Source: Octopus bimaculoides (Eukaryota). Taken from it: a stretch of 64,000 nucleotides of DNA. Position numbers and translations under genes: made by a program. The stretch covers positions 21,789,009-21,853,008 of the forward strand of contig NC_068984.1 of NCBI RefSeq assembly GCF_001194135.2, written 5' to 3'. This document shows positions 40,422 through 55,233 of this stretch, in pieces. Under the pieces are notes generated by a model that was not told the origin of the DNA, ran no database searches, and saw only the letters and a program-made list of their open reading frames with translations. The stretch's first letter is position 1. Every line of letters begins with the position of its first letter.

Positions 40422-40807
40422 TGTTGTTGTTGGCACTCCGTCGCTTACGACGTCGAGGGTTCCAGTTGATCCGATCAACGGAACAGCCTGCTCGTGAAAT
40501 TAACGTGCAAGTGGCTGAGCACTCCACAGATACGTGTACCCTTAACGTAGTTCTCGGGGATATTCAGCGTGACACAGTGTGACACGGCTGACTCTTTGAA
40601 TTACAGGTACAACAGAAATAGGAAGTAAGAGTGAGAGAAAGTTGTGGTGGAAGAGTACAGCAGGGTTCGCCACCATCCCCTGCCGGAGCCTCGTGGGACT
40701 TTAGGTGTTTTCTCTCAATAAACACTCACAACGCCCGGTCTGGGAATCGAAACCGTGATCATATGACCGCGAGTCCGCTGTCCTAATAACTGGGCCATTG
40801 CGCCTCC
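40422..40807 (-). mobile_element. Full-length SINE family A with 14-bp TSD
   Basis: Highly similar to 17093-17490. TSD ACTGTGAGTATCGT at 40408-40421 and 40808-40821. Confidence 0.9.
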
Positions 40808-42802
40808 ACTGTGAGTATCGTCGGTTGGCAAAAAAGGTACCTGACTAACTAGGCTCATGTTCTGGTCTTGATATGTTGTTACTTTGTCAATTTATATATG
40901 TAATTAATGATCTTACGAAAGACATGAATACCAAAACCTCAATTTATTTATTTCATCAAAGTTGGTAAATGTAAATATATTTATTATCGGATACTCTTTA
41001 TATAAAACTTACTTTTCTCTCGCTTTTCTTTGCACTTGAAAAAAAAAAAATGAGATTGGAGAGGATAAAGAAGAAATGCCTCTTCCAGCAAATTTGTTGA
41101 AAGGTGAATGAGAATGGCGACTATGGCCTGGAAGAACGGACTTCTTTGTAGATTGAAGAAGGACCGTTAGGAGAAGGCACTTGCCTTAGATGTCAAGGTG
41201 ACCGCGGATTTGTGGGGTTTTCTCGAGTAATCCCATTTCTAGGGATTTTTGTTCGACTAATTTTGGCGTTTGCTATTTCTTTTTTTTTATAACACGCTTT
41301 TCATGTATTTACACATTGTATCCGGCTGTACCGTCCTTGATCTTTTCGTCAATCCTTGCCTAACAAAGATATCAACTTCATCGACACTATTATTATTGAA
41401 GATTTAGCTGTTTGATTCAGTTCTCAACCGCTTTCAGCAATAAACCTTTACGTCAAGATGATTCTTTGACCGCGATGCAAAATAAAAAGCGTTTTCTTCT
41501 CATGTAATGCCAGAATCTGGACAAGACATTGTAAAAGGAAGGTGATTACTTTTTCATATTTCTTTGTATAGCTTTCTCCATTAGTCTCTACACTTTTCTG
41601 TGTTATTCAAGATGAGCAGGCATCTACTTGCTTCGGTCAGAATGGCTTTGATCATAGATCTGCTCGATCAGAGCTGGCTACCGGTTAAACAGTTGCATAA
41701 ATTATTAGTACATAATATATTGTCTATAACTTTGGAATATATGAACACGATTCAATTCTACTGTGTGGTATCTGGGACAAGTGTCTTCTACCATCAGCCC
41801 CAGGTCAGTCAGACCTTTGTGAATAAAATTGGGCCAACAAAAACCATGTGGAAGGCTGATATGTAGACAGTAATTCAATGACCAGCTTCGTCATGTACAG
41901 TGTTACGATGATCTTGGCCGAAGATTACGTTAAGACTATACATGACTATTGAATACTCAGCCACGTATACGATAATGCAAAGGATTTCAAACGATCAAAC
42001 GCCTAGAATACCCGTAGTAAAAATCGATTGGGGATCCGTTTACCTTTTACTTTAATGTGTAGACTAGGTCTCTAAAAATGTAACAAAGACAAGTACGTGA
42101 GAAGCTGCGCGAAACAGTGAAGGAAAGTATACAAACTTAAGACAAAGAAACTTTGGCTTCCCAATCAGTTAAGAGTTTTACTCTCTTGGTGTCTAGCACC
42201 AAAGAGAAGAAACTGTTTTGAAATACATTTATCAAACCAATAGAGAATATTCTGAGTTGATTACAGTGCTTTAACAACTTTTTGATCTATGCAGGAGAAA
42301 CTGCAGTGAAAAGCTTTTAAAAGTTCAAATAGCGTTCGGACATATTTGAACTGTTAGTTTACATTGTAAACACAACTGTGTGACAAAATAAATACATATT
42401 CAAGTAAAAACTAAAGCATTAAAAAGAAACCTGTTGTTGATCCATTTTTCAATAATTGAATGATTGCTATCTTACTTGATGCAATGGGAAAATATCTTTT
42501 AAAATTTAATTACATTACTAATGTCACATGCTGAGGGAGTCTCGAGGTACTTTTGGAAATCATTGTTGTCTTGACAACCTGTGCGCGTGGCTTGTGCATC
42601 TACACAGTGACATCTCTGTCATGAAGTTTAGCAAGAACTGGAAAAGGATAAGGATATGCTTTATTGAGTTAAGCCTAATAAAAGCGATGCATTTCCTCAG
42701 TAACCATAGCACCTGCAAATATTCGTTAAATTAATATTAGTCCACGAGCTAATGTTTTCCATCATCTCAATGCATACCTAATTTGAAAAATAAAAATTTC
42801 AA

Positions 42803-42990
42803 AGGTGGTGCGGTGGCAGAATCGTTAGCGAGTCAAAGAAAATGCTTAGCGGCATTTCCTCCGACTCTTTACGTTTTCTGTTCAAATTCCGCTAAAGTTG
42901 TCTTTGCTTTTCATCTTTTCAAGGTCGATAAAATAAGTACCATTCAAATATTGTGAGCGATATAATCAACAAGCTTCCTACCATCAAAAT
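42803..42990 (+). mobile_element. SINE family D copy
   Basis: Head GTGGCAGAATCGTTAG, then GTTCAAATTCC and the CTTTTCATCTTTTCAAGGTCGATAAAATAAGTACC core. Confidence 0.7.
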
Positions 42991-43455
42991 TAGAAAAAAA
43001 ATATTAATTAAAATTTCGGAGTCACCGCTACTTTGTCATAACAAGATTTAATTAACATTAATCACTGAACCTAATTTTTATATATGCTGATTGCTACAAT
43101 AATTTCAAATTATTAAATTTTTTTTTGACCAACTAAATTAACAAACTTAACGCTCTCTGATGAATATGGTGCTACTAGATAATTCATACCAGTCATTATT
43201 TTTCGATAAAAAGTGGACTAACGGGTGAGATAAAAGGTATATTAACCGACGAACATCTATCAGATTTGTTAGTTTATATTGAGCAAAAACTGATAAAAGT
43301 GAAATTGTTATCAAAGAAAAAGGAAATAATAAATTGAAATATATATTCGATTTAATTTAATTTAATTTAGTTACACGCACATAAGCATATGTATATATAT
43401 GTCTGTCTATCTGTATGTCTAAATAATTATATATACATATATTCATATATATTTG

Positions 43456-43504
<49 letters not shown>

Positions 43505-43537
43505 ATAAATAATTATATATATATATATATATATATT

Positions 43538-43574
<37 letters not shown>

Positions 43575-44889
43575 ATGTGTATATATGTACAAATAATTAT
43601 ATATATATATATATATATACACATACATAATGCATACATACAGACGTATGTATGTATATTTATATATGGCATGTACAAATTCTTGTTTCTATACATGCAG
43701 CANNNNNNNNNNNNNNNNNNNNNNNNNNNNNNNNNNNNNNNNNNNNNNNNNNNNNNNNNNNNNNNNNNNNNNNNNNNNNNNNNNNNNNNNNNNNNNNNNN
43801 NNNNNNNNNNNNNNNNNNNNNNNNNNNNNNNNNNNNNNNNNNNNNNNNNNNNNNNNNNNNNNNNNNNNNNNNNNNNNNNNNNNNNNNNNNNNNNNNNNNN
43901 NNNNNNNNNNNNNNNNNNNNNNNNNNNNNNNNNNNNNNNNNNNNNNNNNNNNNNNNNNNNNNNNNNNNNNNNNNNNNNNNNNNNNNNNNNNNNNNNNNNN
44001 NNNNNNNNNNNNNNNNNNNNNNNNNNNNNNNNNNNNNNNNNNNNNNNNNNNNNNNNNNNNNNNNNNNNNNNNNNNNTATATATATATATGAGGTGGATAG
44101 GTAGGTCGGTTAAAAGAAAATTGTAGCTGGCATACACTTCAACACGTGTGCTTCAATTTTAATGTCGTGTAACTAGATGTACTTACGGAGGTTGAATTTG
44201 GCTGACGCTCGAATTTATATAAACATCATAAAAGTCCTGACATCGAGGCTATTGTTTTCGATTGGCTCCTAATAATTTGTACACGAATCGAAACTAAGAA
44301 GAAATAAAATGATTTGAACAGAGAACATTTTGAAATTGATAATCTTGTGGTCGGTGGGATTTCACATACTATCTTAAATAGAATGGGATGCTATTACACA
44401 CACACACACAAATATATATTGTATAGATTTGAATGCAATAAGACTATTACGTAAAATAATTGACCAAGTGGTCATGATAGCAAACCGGATGTTAGTTGTC
44501 TGTATCGTCACCACTATCGCCACCACACCACATTGCAACAACAAATACCACCACCACCACCACCACCACCACCACCACCACCGCCAATGCCATCACAATC
44601 GCCATTGCAACCGTCACCGCCACCATCACCAGCAACAAAACACTTCTACCACCATTTTCAGCATCTCCTTCAGTTGCCCCTCTTATTGCTACAGCTTCTC
44701 TCGAGCCAATGCGGGAGCTTATGTGGGATTGCTCGACCTTTTAGAAACAGCAGTTAAATCTCCATCAGATCACACTCTATCATTTTAGAAATGGGAACAA
44801 TACACAGCATAATGTAGTCCTACGCAGCTTTTAAAGGAATGTTTGGTCATTGTTGCAATGGCTTGATCATAGATGTACACAGTCAGAAT

Positions 44890-45457
44890 GTGTGTGTTGG
44901 CACTCCGTCGCTTACGACGACGAGGGTTCCAGTTGATCCGATCAACGGAACAGCCTGCTCGTGAAATTAACGTGCAAGTGGCTGAGCACTCTACAGACAC
45001 GTGTACCCTTAACGTAGTTCTCGGGGATATTCAGCGTGACACAGTGTGACAAGGCTGACCCTTTGAATTACAGGCACAACAGAAACAAGAAGTAAGAATG
45101 AGAGAAAGTTGTGGTGAAAGAGTACAGCAGGGTTCGCCACCATCCCTTGCCGGAGCCTCGTGGAGCTTNNNNNNNNNNGACACGTGTACCCTTAACGTAG
45201 TTCTCGGGGATATTCAGCGTGACACAGTGTGACAAGGCTGACCCTTTGAATTACAGGCACAACAGAAACAAGAAGTAAGAATGAGAGAAAGTTGTGGTGA
45301 AAGAGTACAGCAGGGTTCGCCACCATCCCTTGCCGGAGCCTCGTGGAGCTTTAGGTGTTTTCGCTCAATAAACACTCACAACCCCAAGTCTGGGAATCGA
45401 AACCGCGATCCTATGACCGCGAGTCCGCTGCCTTAACCTCTGGGCCATTGCGCCTCC
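44890..45457 (-). mobile_element. SINE family A with 13-bp TSD; about 170 nt duplicated across a 10-N gap
   Basis: TSD ACACAGTCAGAAT at 44877-44889 and 45458-45470. 44998-45168 is repeated at 45179-45349, a probable assembly artefact. Confidence 0.85.
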
Positions 45458-45759
45458 ACACAGTCAGAATAAACCTTGCACTAAACAACAACGCTTTCTA
45501 TTACAGGGAAAAAACCTGAAATAATTTTGCTGGTCGATTATATTGACCCCAGTGTTCAATTGGTACTTATTTATTCGACCTTGAAAGGATGAAAGACAAA
45601 GTCGACACCGGCGGAATTTGACCTCAGAAGGTAAAGAAACGGAAGAAATGCTCCTATGTATATTTCTCTACAGGCTAAACCCAATCCTGCCCCATTTATC
45701 AACCGCACACCTCATCTTGCTCTTCATAACTATATCTTCTGATGACTATCTTGTCCTAC

Positions 45760-46900
45760 AATGCCAGTGCTGTCGCCACCACGATCACCACATCGACAAC
45801 CACTACCATCACCGCTACCATCATCACCACCACTACAACTACCAGCAATATCTCGCCACCGCCACCACCACAACTATCACTAGGACTATAATGTCTATCA
45901 TCATCGTACTCACTACTACAACCATCGCACTACCACTATTACCACCATTACCACTACAGTCAAACCACCACTACCATCACTAACACTATCACGATAACAA
46001 CAACGTCGATCAGCAACAGAACTAACAACGACAACATCACCACCAAGAGCACTACCACCACCACCACCACCATCACCACCACCACCACCACCACCATCAC
46101 CACCACCACCACCANNNNNNNNNNNNNNNNNNNNNNNNNNNNNNNNNNNNNNNNNNNNNNNNNNNNNNNNNNNNNNNNNNNNNNNNNNNNNNNNNNNNNN
46201 NNNNNNNNNNNNNNNNNNNNNNNNNNNNNNNNNNNNNNNNNNNNNNNNNNNNNNNNNNNNNNNNNNNNNNNNNNNNNNNNNNNNNNNNNNNNNNNNNNNN
46301 NNNNNNNNNNNNNNNNNNNNNNNNNNNNNNNNNNNNNNNNNNNNNNNNNNNNNNNNNNNNNNNNNNNNNNACCAGCAATATCTCGCCACCGCCACCACCA
46401 CAACTATCACTAGGACTATAATGTCTATCATCATCGTACTCACTACTACAACCATCGCACTACCACTATTACCACCATTACCACTACAGTCAAACCACCA
46501 CTACCATCACTAACACTATCACGATAACAACAACGTCGATCAGCAACAGAACTAACAACGACAACATCACCACCAAGAGCACTACCACCACCACCACCAC
46601 CATCACCACCACCACCACCACCACCAACAACAAAAACACTGTGTCATCACGATTAGTAAAAGTAGGATGATGATTGTCAACGGTGCATACTCCTGTGGCT
46701 TCGTCGAAATAAACCACCACCATCAACATAATTATCATCATCGTCAACATCGTTACTTCAAACATTATCATTAATCGTTACCATACGTCTCTGACTACCA
46801 CGATCACCAGTTTGCTTCCTCACCGTTGAGATACAACCTCCGCCAACACCAGTAGCAACCATAAAATTCTATCGCCATCACTACCCGGCTCGTCTTCCAT
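45760..46900. repeat. Degenerate (ACC/ACT)n low-complexity block
   Basis: CAC-, ACC- and ACT-rich. About 250 nt from 45841 recurs at 46371 across the N-gap 46116-46370. Confidence 0.85.
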
Positions 46901-47566
46901 TATCATCATCCTTGCTTTTAATTTGCTTAAATTCCTCTCTCGTCGTCTTCACCTCTTCTTCATTTCATACCATTCGATGCTCCACGCCTCCTGCTGCTAC
47001 ATTAAACCCTCTTACGGCTGCTTGTCTTTCAAGTACCATTTCGGAAGTTCATTCGCTTCGGTGAATATTTTTTTCCAATTGTGTACTCATTAACTGAAGC
47101 CTTGTAAATTGAATTTCATCAGCTCTAATTAAAGAGCTATTCTTTCATAACACTTGTTGCCTCATTCTTCATCTATAAAATGACATCCCATTAAACTCTC
47201 AGTTCATAACATGACATTTCTTCCTCTTAGTTGCAGAACCTCTTCTCGCTCTAAACCTAATATTACCTTCGTTTGATTAGTTACAGAGCAGGCATTTCCA
47301 TCAAAGAATAAAACAAAACAAAACAAAATATACCTAAACGAAAACGGGTATAATTTAATTTTAATCCTTTTGAGAATCGAAACCGGGTTGTCTCACACCA
47401 ACACTTTGTTGCTTACGTTTGACCCAACGTTACCCATTCCATTCTTTCCAGTGTTACCCATACCGAAGTTCTCTGCCTGGTATGTGTTTGTGTGTGTGCA
47501 TATAATATTGTGGAGTAAATAAACATAGATGTACACACACGCGCACACACACACGCACACACACAC

Positions 47567-47636
<70 letters not shown>

Positions 47637-48847
47637 GGAATCCAGAAATCCAAGTCCTTTACCTCAAGATGTCAGATATTGGAAGAAAAATTTCTTCAAT
47701 AGAAACTGAGTATAAAATAAGTGAAAAATGGGGTTTTGGTATCACACCAATTCCTTACTTTACTTGTTTTACGGTCTCTCTCTCTCTCTCTCTTTTTCTT
47801 TCTCGATCTATGTATATATATATATCTTGCTTATATATGTAATGTGCGTAAATATAATCTTTAAAATGTTATGTAATCTTGATATATATTCAGGTGACAA
47901 AGAGAACGTAAATAGCGAAGGTGTAATTTTCATAAACTTGCTTCGTCGTAAAAGATTTATGCTAAGTTATTCCTAACGTTATAATCCGTAGAGAAGGAAA
48001 GTATTTAGCCAAAATCAAATTCTAAACGTATAACAAAGTAACTAAGATCATAGAATATTGAGCTAAAGGATTAAAAAATGGATACTTATAACTCCTGTTA
48101 TTTCACCAGCTGCTGTGGATTAGCCCAGAAAACTTTGAACTGTTTCTATTTATAGGATACAAATATCAAAAGAAATAAGGAAAAGCAAGATAAAATGATA
48201 GGGAAAAGAAATAAAATGGAATCCTTATTGCAAAAGAAAATGACAGTCGAGTGAGAATGAAGCAAACGAAAGAAGTGAAAGGAATAGATTGTCGGATGAA
48301 ATGCAGTGAAGAGTAAACTGGATGATAGATTAATACATAAAGAAAAAGTGAAACAGCTTTGATAAATCATTGTAACATGCTGAAATATTATCCTCGAAAT
48401 ACGAGGAGATAAAACGAAATAAAGAAGAATAGAGAGAAGTGACAAAGGAGAAAGGTTTGGTTATCTGAATTGCTTACAACACCAATAAAACATACAGTCG
48501 AAAACTTCCCAAATGTTTGGTGAATAGCTATTCTAATACTATTGGCGATATACGAAGTGATTTATCAGGATTTAAATACCCAATAGGCAATGAGAAATAT
48601 GAAACCATATTGTGTTCTGCTTGTTAGCATCCTTTGGATTATTTATCAACTTGATAAATTATTCCTGAATAGTTATTCTAGTAATTCTGATTTATGTGAT
48701 TGAAAATAAAAATATAAATTATTTTGATGTACATTAGTCTATTCCTGTGCTAAAGAAGAAGAAAAAAAAGACTAAAAGCATTCATCACTTTCTTTCAGTA
48801 TTCTTTCAAGTTGGAAGGTAACAAATGGCACGAGGAGTGAACGAGCT

Positions 48848-48882
<35 letters not shown>

Positions 48883-48954
48883 NNNNNNNNNNNNNNNNNN
48901 NNNNNNNNNNNNNNNNNNNNNNNNNNNNNNNNNNNNNNNNNNNNNNNNNNNNNN

Positions 48955-48986
<32 letters not shown>

Positions 48987-49427
48987 ACAGAGAGAAGTTC
49001 AACTCTCAGGTATATGGTACGAAACATAAGTGTGAGTGATTGGTCAAACGTGGGTGTATTCACCAAAGAGAGTGAGATTGACGAAAGGAGTGAGAGAAAG
49101 CATTTACTCAGAACGGAAGGTGATTATTGTCATATTTGATATACCACAAGTCTCATCACTTCCCTTGAGAAATTTCTCTATGATTTTCTAAATCATTAAT
49201 TTCAATGGTTTTACATTTCATACTTATAACGCACACGTTCACGCGCATACATAATCATGCACTTATATTAGTAGGTGAGATGTACATGAACCGAGACAGT
49301 CCAATGTTAGTCCACCTAAGCGAGATATTTAATCACTGACAATACACAGTATTGTTAGAATATTCTCATACATTTTATAAACTTCAAGAGTTTTGTTAAT
49401 TTTGGGAAAAGGAAAGGGTCAGATAAA

Positions 49428-50920
49428 TTCATGGATGATACAGAGGTTTATGAGACAAATGAGAAACAGCTTGAAAGCCTTGTACATACTATACGTAATC
49501 TCTCAAATGACGTAGGTGTGGAATTTGGCATAGAAAAATGCGCTATATTGAAAATGAAACGAGGAAGATTTGAAAGAAGCCTGGGAATTGAAATGCCAAA
49601 TGGGAGCGGTTGAGAAAGGACAGTCATATAAGGACTTCGGAAATCTGGAAGCAGACTAGATAAAAAAAAATGAAGAAATGAAACAAAATACCAGCAGGGA
49701 GTACACAAGGAGAGCAAGAAAGTTATTGCAGTCAAAACTGAATTCCAAAAATCTTATTGAAGCAATAAATTCATGTGTAGTAACCTTACTCTGATATGGA
49801 GTTGGAATTATAGATTGGACCAGAAACGATATAAAGAAACTTGTCAGAAAAACTAGGAAGTTGTTGACGATGTATGGAGCCCACCATCCGAAAGCTGATA
49901 TCAACCGGCTGTAGTTGAGGAGAAATCAGGGTGGAAGAGGCTTGATAACAGTAGGAGACTGTGTACAAATGGAAAGTAAAAGTCTAGTAGAGTATTTACA
50001 GAGCAGCTTAGAAAAACTACTAAAGGTAGTTAATAAAGAATAGGTGATGAAATGCGTAATAGGAAAAAAGTATCAGAATAAAATGCAAAGAGAGCACGTC
50101 AGACAGATCGGAGAGAAACCTCTACATGGTCAATTTTGGAAAGCCACTGAAGACATATGAGGAATAAAATCTTAGGCTTGGTTGAAAAAGAGATAAAAAC
50201 AAACAACTTGAGAAAAAATATATATGGTGAGAATATAACAGAAAAATGTAGAGCCTGTGGAGCTTGGAACGAGACAGTTGCACACATTGTGATAGAATGC
50301 CCCAAGTTGGCACAGAAAGAATATAAGAAATGGAAGCAATCCAGGTTGTAAAAGTTTTTACACTGGAAACTGTGCCAAAAATTGGGATTTGAAGCTGGAA
50401 ACACATGATACAATCATCGAGTCGAAAGAGCACTGGAGTTGGAGAAATGTAAGATTTTGTGGGACTGTCCAGTTCAAACGGACAAAAGGTTAGAAAATAA
50501 TACACCAGACATAACGATTATACATAAGGAAAAGCGAAGTTGATTACTAATCGACCCATCATGCCCGTTTGATTCCAGGATCGTAAAGAAAGAGGAAGAA
50601 AAAAGTGCATTCCCATAAAATTTGAAATAGGAAAAATTTGGAGCATGAGAACAGTAAAGGTCGTGCCTATATAATTGGTGCATGTGGAACAGAAAGTAAA
50701 GATGTAGACAAATGGCTGAAGGAGATTCAAATAGAATGCCCGCTAAAGCTCCTACATAATGTTTGGCTCTTAGGGACTGCAAGGATTACCAGGAGGGCTC
50801 TAAGCACTTGAAAGACTACTGAAAATTTGTGGACGCATGAGGTTACAGACAGTAACCCGCTACCCACATAATTCCTACCAGGAATAAGACCTAACCTGAG
50901 CCAAGCTAAATAATAATAAT
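49428..50920 (+). mobile_element. 5'-truncated R4/Dong-like non-LTR retrotransposon (RT C-half, CCHC knuckle, restriction-like endonuclease), disrupted
   Basis: Starts at FMDD (49428). Contains VEFGIEKCA, YGAHHPKADINRL, QGGRGL, CRACGAWNETVAHIVIEC (from 50247), KILWD and PDI (50505). Ends in (TAA)3 at 50911-50920. Multiple stops and frameshifts. Confidence 0.85.
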
Positions 50921-50984
50921 GCTTTTGTTCTAAAAGAAAGAAGAAATCCAAATGTTGTATCATATCAATAATGGTCATTTATTC

Positions 50985-51462
50985 TTTTGCTCTTTTACTT
51001 GTTTCAGTCATTTGACTGAGGCCATGCTGGAGCACTACCTTAAAGGATGTTAGTCAAAGAACCCCATGATTTATTGTTTGTAAGCTTAGTACTTATTCTA
51101 TCGGTGTCTTTTGCCGAACTGCTATGCTACGGGGAACATAAACACACCAGCATCGGTTGTCAAGTGATGGGGGGGGGGACAAACACAGACAGACAGATGC
51201 ACACATAAATACACACACACACGCACACACACACACACATATAATATAGGATAACATTTTCAAAATAATTTTATCAGTAGCCAGCATATAGTTGCTTATA
51301 GTGATGAATTATATGTGGTTATTGACGATTCAAAGTCTATTCTCGGTATATTTGGAATAGAAAAACTTTTATCTTTTGCCCTTATNNNNNNNNNNNNNNN
51401 NNNNNNNNNNNNNNNNNNNNNNNNNNNNNNNNNNNNNNNNNNNNNNNNNNNNNNNNNNNNNN

Positions 51463-51502
<40 letters not shown>

Positions 51503-51661
51503 GACGGGCTTCTTCAAGTTTCCGTCTACCAAATCCACTCAAAGGCTTTGGTCGGCTCGAGGCTATGGTAGAAGACACTTGCCCAAGGTGCCACGCAGTG
51601 GGACTGAACCCGGAATCATGTGGTTGGTAAGCAAACAACTTACCACACAGCCACACCTGCG
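50985..51661 (-). mobile_element. Bipartite SINE (C body about 50985-51240, B head 51502-51661) interrupted by microsatellite and a gap
   Basis: Same two modules as 24319-24728. Confidence 0.7.
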
Positions 51662-52259
51662 TAGAGATATTATCATAGTATTTAATGGCTTTCGCGAACT
51701 TAGATAAGAATAATATGTAAGAAATGGTAGAAAAATACAATTAGAAAGCGAGAAATTAGAGATAAAAGAAAAGAAACTATTTCATGAAGTATTTGAAAGA
51801 CATGAAGAATCTTACGATGAAGAATCTTAAGATGAATGAGTTCGGTTTATGAAGAACCTTTGAAAGAGAAATGGAGACCTTTTGGCAGCTGTCCAACATC
51901 ACATACTAAATGTAAACTCTGTGAAAGAAAATATCAGTCACCTACGCTACTCTAATAAATGCTGGCGAGAAAAGGCAAAATGTAAGTCACTGATTGCAAA
52001 ATGGCAGCCTAAAAGGATGTCGAACTACCATGAAAAAATGTAATTCAACCATCGAGGGAATTTCTGTCGAAGAAACTTGCAAATATAGATTTCAAATCTC
52101 TTCGAAGGTGTCCCGCAGAAGATAAAAAAGACGAGAAGTATCAATGTGAATATCTCCATTCCGTAAATTGAAACTTTAAGAGCACACTTCAGAGGGGCAA
52201 TACCAACTTCCTTTCTTTGAACAGGGAAAAAAAATCCTGAAACATGCATCACTTAAACC

Positions 52260-52860
52260 AAGAAAACATCACCGCACTATACACCCGCTAAACATGAATG
52301 ACAGTCAGCTAAAAGCTTTACAGTCGCTCCAAATTCTGGCCCTTGCCATCAACAATGATTTCTCCTGGTGAAAGTATAATCTTAGCATGAGTAGGATCGC
52401 ATCACAGAGACTGGTCCTTTTTGTCAGAGCCAGAAAATATGTCAGCTCATAAAGTTGAAGGGAAGCTCACAATAAAGTACTGCCATCATAGAGCAGAATC
52501 AAGAAGAGGTGTGCTCGATATATCGGCATTCACTTACTAACAGATATTTCGGCTTCTGGTCCACTGGCATAGTGACTCCTTGCTCATTCTTTACTTTCAC
52601 TACTGTAATGACCTTTGTTCCTCGTGTCTGGCTGGTCGTGTATGTCCACCAATCAGGCACCACCGACAGTCCCTATCCCTATCTCTCTTCAACATGTTAC
52701 GCACCAACCTCCGGCTTCGACTCTAAGCACTATGACCAATACTTCCATTTCAGAAAATCCAGACAAGGAAGTGCCTTTTTAGAGATCCTTGACGAGCTAG
52801 ACAAAGCAACCGAATATTTATCAAATTACGTGTTTCTCAATTTAAAACAACAAAAAAAGA
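52260..52860 (+). mobile_element. Highly decayed CR1/L2-group LINE 3' fragment
   Basis: LNMNDSQL...SLQIL...NDFSW*KY...IASQRL..FVRARKY resembles the RT thumb region of L2/CR1-type elements. Confidence 0.5.
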
Positions 52861-53441
52861 AAAAACAATACATTAGCTGTACTAGTCTTTGAACCATTAT
52901 GTTTTACGTAGCAGAAACTCAGTTATAATTACGATTATAACGCTCTTGATTATAGATTATTCGATCGGAACTAACCTAGATCTAAGTAACAATAACATGA
53001 AATGATGTTCCAGAGAAGGAAAATATAATTCTGGTAATGTATATAGTATCATACAGCATTTTTCAAACGTTTTTGACAATCGGTTTCCACTGTGTATATT
53101 CGTTTCGACTTTTTTCACAGCCCCCATAAACCAGATGTGACATGTTTCTACTTTAATAACAGAGGAATCACCATAGTTTTTCCACACCTGCCATCTCTGA
53201 AGAGCACGTTATATTACTTAACCGTGCTGTTATCTCATATCTGGTTATCAAATACCCAGTGCAAAACTGATTGGTTAGATTGGCTGAAATGAATCTATAA
53301 TACTTCATACTTTGACTAATACTCCCATTCTATTGACAAATATACGAGTGCATATCATTTCTGACTACTGGATTCTTAGATTATATATACATGTCTGTGT
53401 GTGTGCGTGTGTGTATTTATATATGTATGTATGCATGTATG

Positions 53442-53486
<45 letters not shown>

Positions 53487-54954
53487 NNNNNNNNNNNNNN
53501 NNNNNNNNNNNNNNNNNNNNNNNNNNNNNNNNNNNNNNNNNNNNNNNNNNNNNNNNNNNNNNNNNNNNNNNNNNNNNNNNNNNNNNNNNNNNNNNNNNNN
53601 NNNNNNNNNNNNNNNNNNNNNNNNNNNNNNNNNNNNNNNNNNNNNNNNNNNNNNNNNNNNNNNNNNNNNNNNNNNNNNNNNNNNNNNNNNNNNNNNNNNN
53701 NNNNNNNNNNNNNNNNNNNNNNNNNNNNNNNNNNNNNNNNNNNNNNNNNNNNNNNNNNNNNNNNNNNNNNNNNNNNNNNNNNNNNNNNNNNNNNNNNNNN
53801 NNNNNNNNNNNNNNNNNNNNNNNNNNNNNNNNNNNNNNNNNNNNNNNNNNNNNNNNNNNNNNNNNNNNNNNNNNNNNNNNNNNNNNNNNNNNNNNNNNNN
53901 NNNNNNNNNNNNNNNNNNNNNNNNNNNNNNNNNNNNNNNNNNNNNNNNNNNNNNNNNNNNNNNNNNNNNNNNNNNNNNNNNNNNNNNNNNNNNNNNNNNN
54001 NNNNNNNNNNNNNNNNNNNNNNNNNNNNNNNNNNNNNNNNNNNNNNNNNNNNNNNNNNNNNNNNNNNNNNNNNNNNNNNNNNNNNNNNNNNNNNNNNNNN
54101 NNNNNNNNNNNNNNNNNNNNNNNNNNNATATATATATATATATATGCGTTATAGGTATTTCAGCGTGCAATGAATAGAAGCTTTAAGCAAATCTATGAAA
54201 TATGTTGTAAAATGAACGTACACACATTTACCGTTAGATATATGAAGATTCTCAACAGAGCAAGGAAATGTGATAATAATTAAAGCCGACAAATAATTAA
54301 CAAAAGAATAGAACGCTGTATGCACCAATGTTATATAAACTTCGAAGTATCAACAAGAGATTTTTACTAGTGGTTCGGTATTTCATCGATGTTTGATGCT
54401 TTTCAGTAAGGAGATGTTTTTAAAGTCCAAATAAATTCTTCAGTTGATATTAATTTCCGGATTAACTTTCTTTTTTTTCTCGCCATACGTTTTTCCCTCT
54501 TTTATCTTCGTGTATAATTATTTTCTCTCTTTCTTTTTCTCCTGTATTTTCTTCTTCGCTAAATTCTTGCATTTCCTCACCTTCCCCATCACGTTTAGCT
54601 TTCTTGGTGTTTCTACGAATAATAATTTAATTTGGTTTTGGTCTAGTTCATTCGAGGTATGTTTGATATTAATATCAAAAAGCATTTGCGCTTTGCAAAC
54701 GAAAAATAAAAACACTGATAAACCTACGAAGAATGAGCAATCATCACAGAAATCTTTCAGATATTACAGCATAACAAATAATCTGTGAAGAGATATATCA
54801 GAGACGCTAGTCATGGCACTTCACATAACTCATATACTTTATCATATTTTTATCATTAGCGTTAGAGGAACAAAGGCATTGCGTACAATGTATAAGAGGA
54901 GTACCTGAAGAACACAGATGGTGAGTCTACGTAAATACATATATACATACCAAC

Positions 54955-55023
<69 letters not shown>

Positions 55024-55192
55024 TGTATAGCCAGCTGGAGTAGATATCATCTTGAGACTATAAACTACAGTAGCATCGTCACATATGGGTCCGCCACATT
55101 TAGGTGGTAATTACACTTCACGATTCCGTGCTGCTACTGTTTACTTCTCGCGCTCAGAAATTTATTATTGTATGTACACACACGCACACACA

Positions 55193-55233
<41 letters not shown>

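Noticed and set aside
44998-45349. Apparent 170-nt tandem duplication inside a SINE
   Set aside because: Exact copies flank a 10-N placeholder gap, typical of an unmerged contig overlap. The same applies to 63262-63330.
45841-46622. Direct repeat of about 250 nt and poly-His, poly-Thr and poly-Gly ORFs
   Set aside because: The copies flank an N-gap in low-complexity DNA, so this is likely an assembly overlap. The ORFs are repeat translations.
52025-52252. 75-aa hydrophobic minus ORF
   Set aside because: No recognisable family motif and no convincing splice signals.
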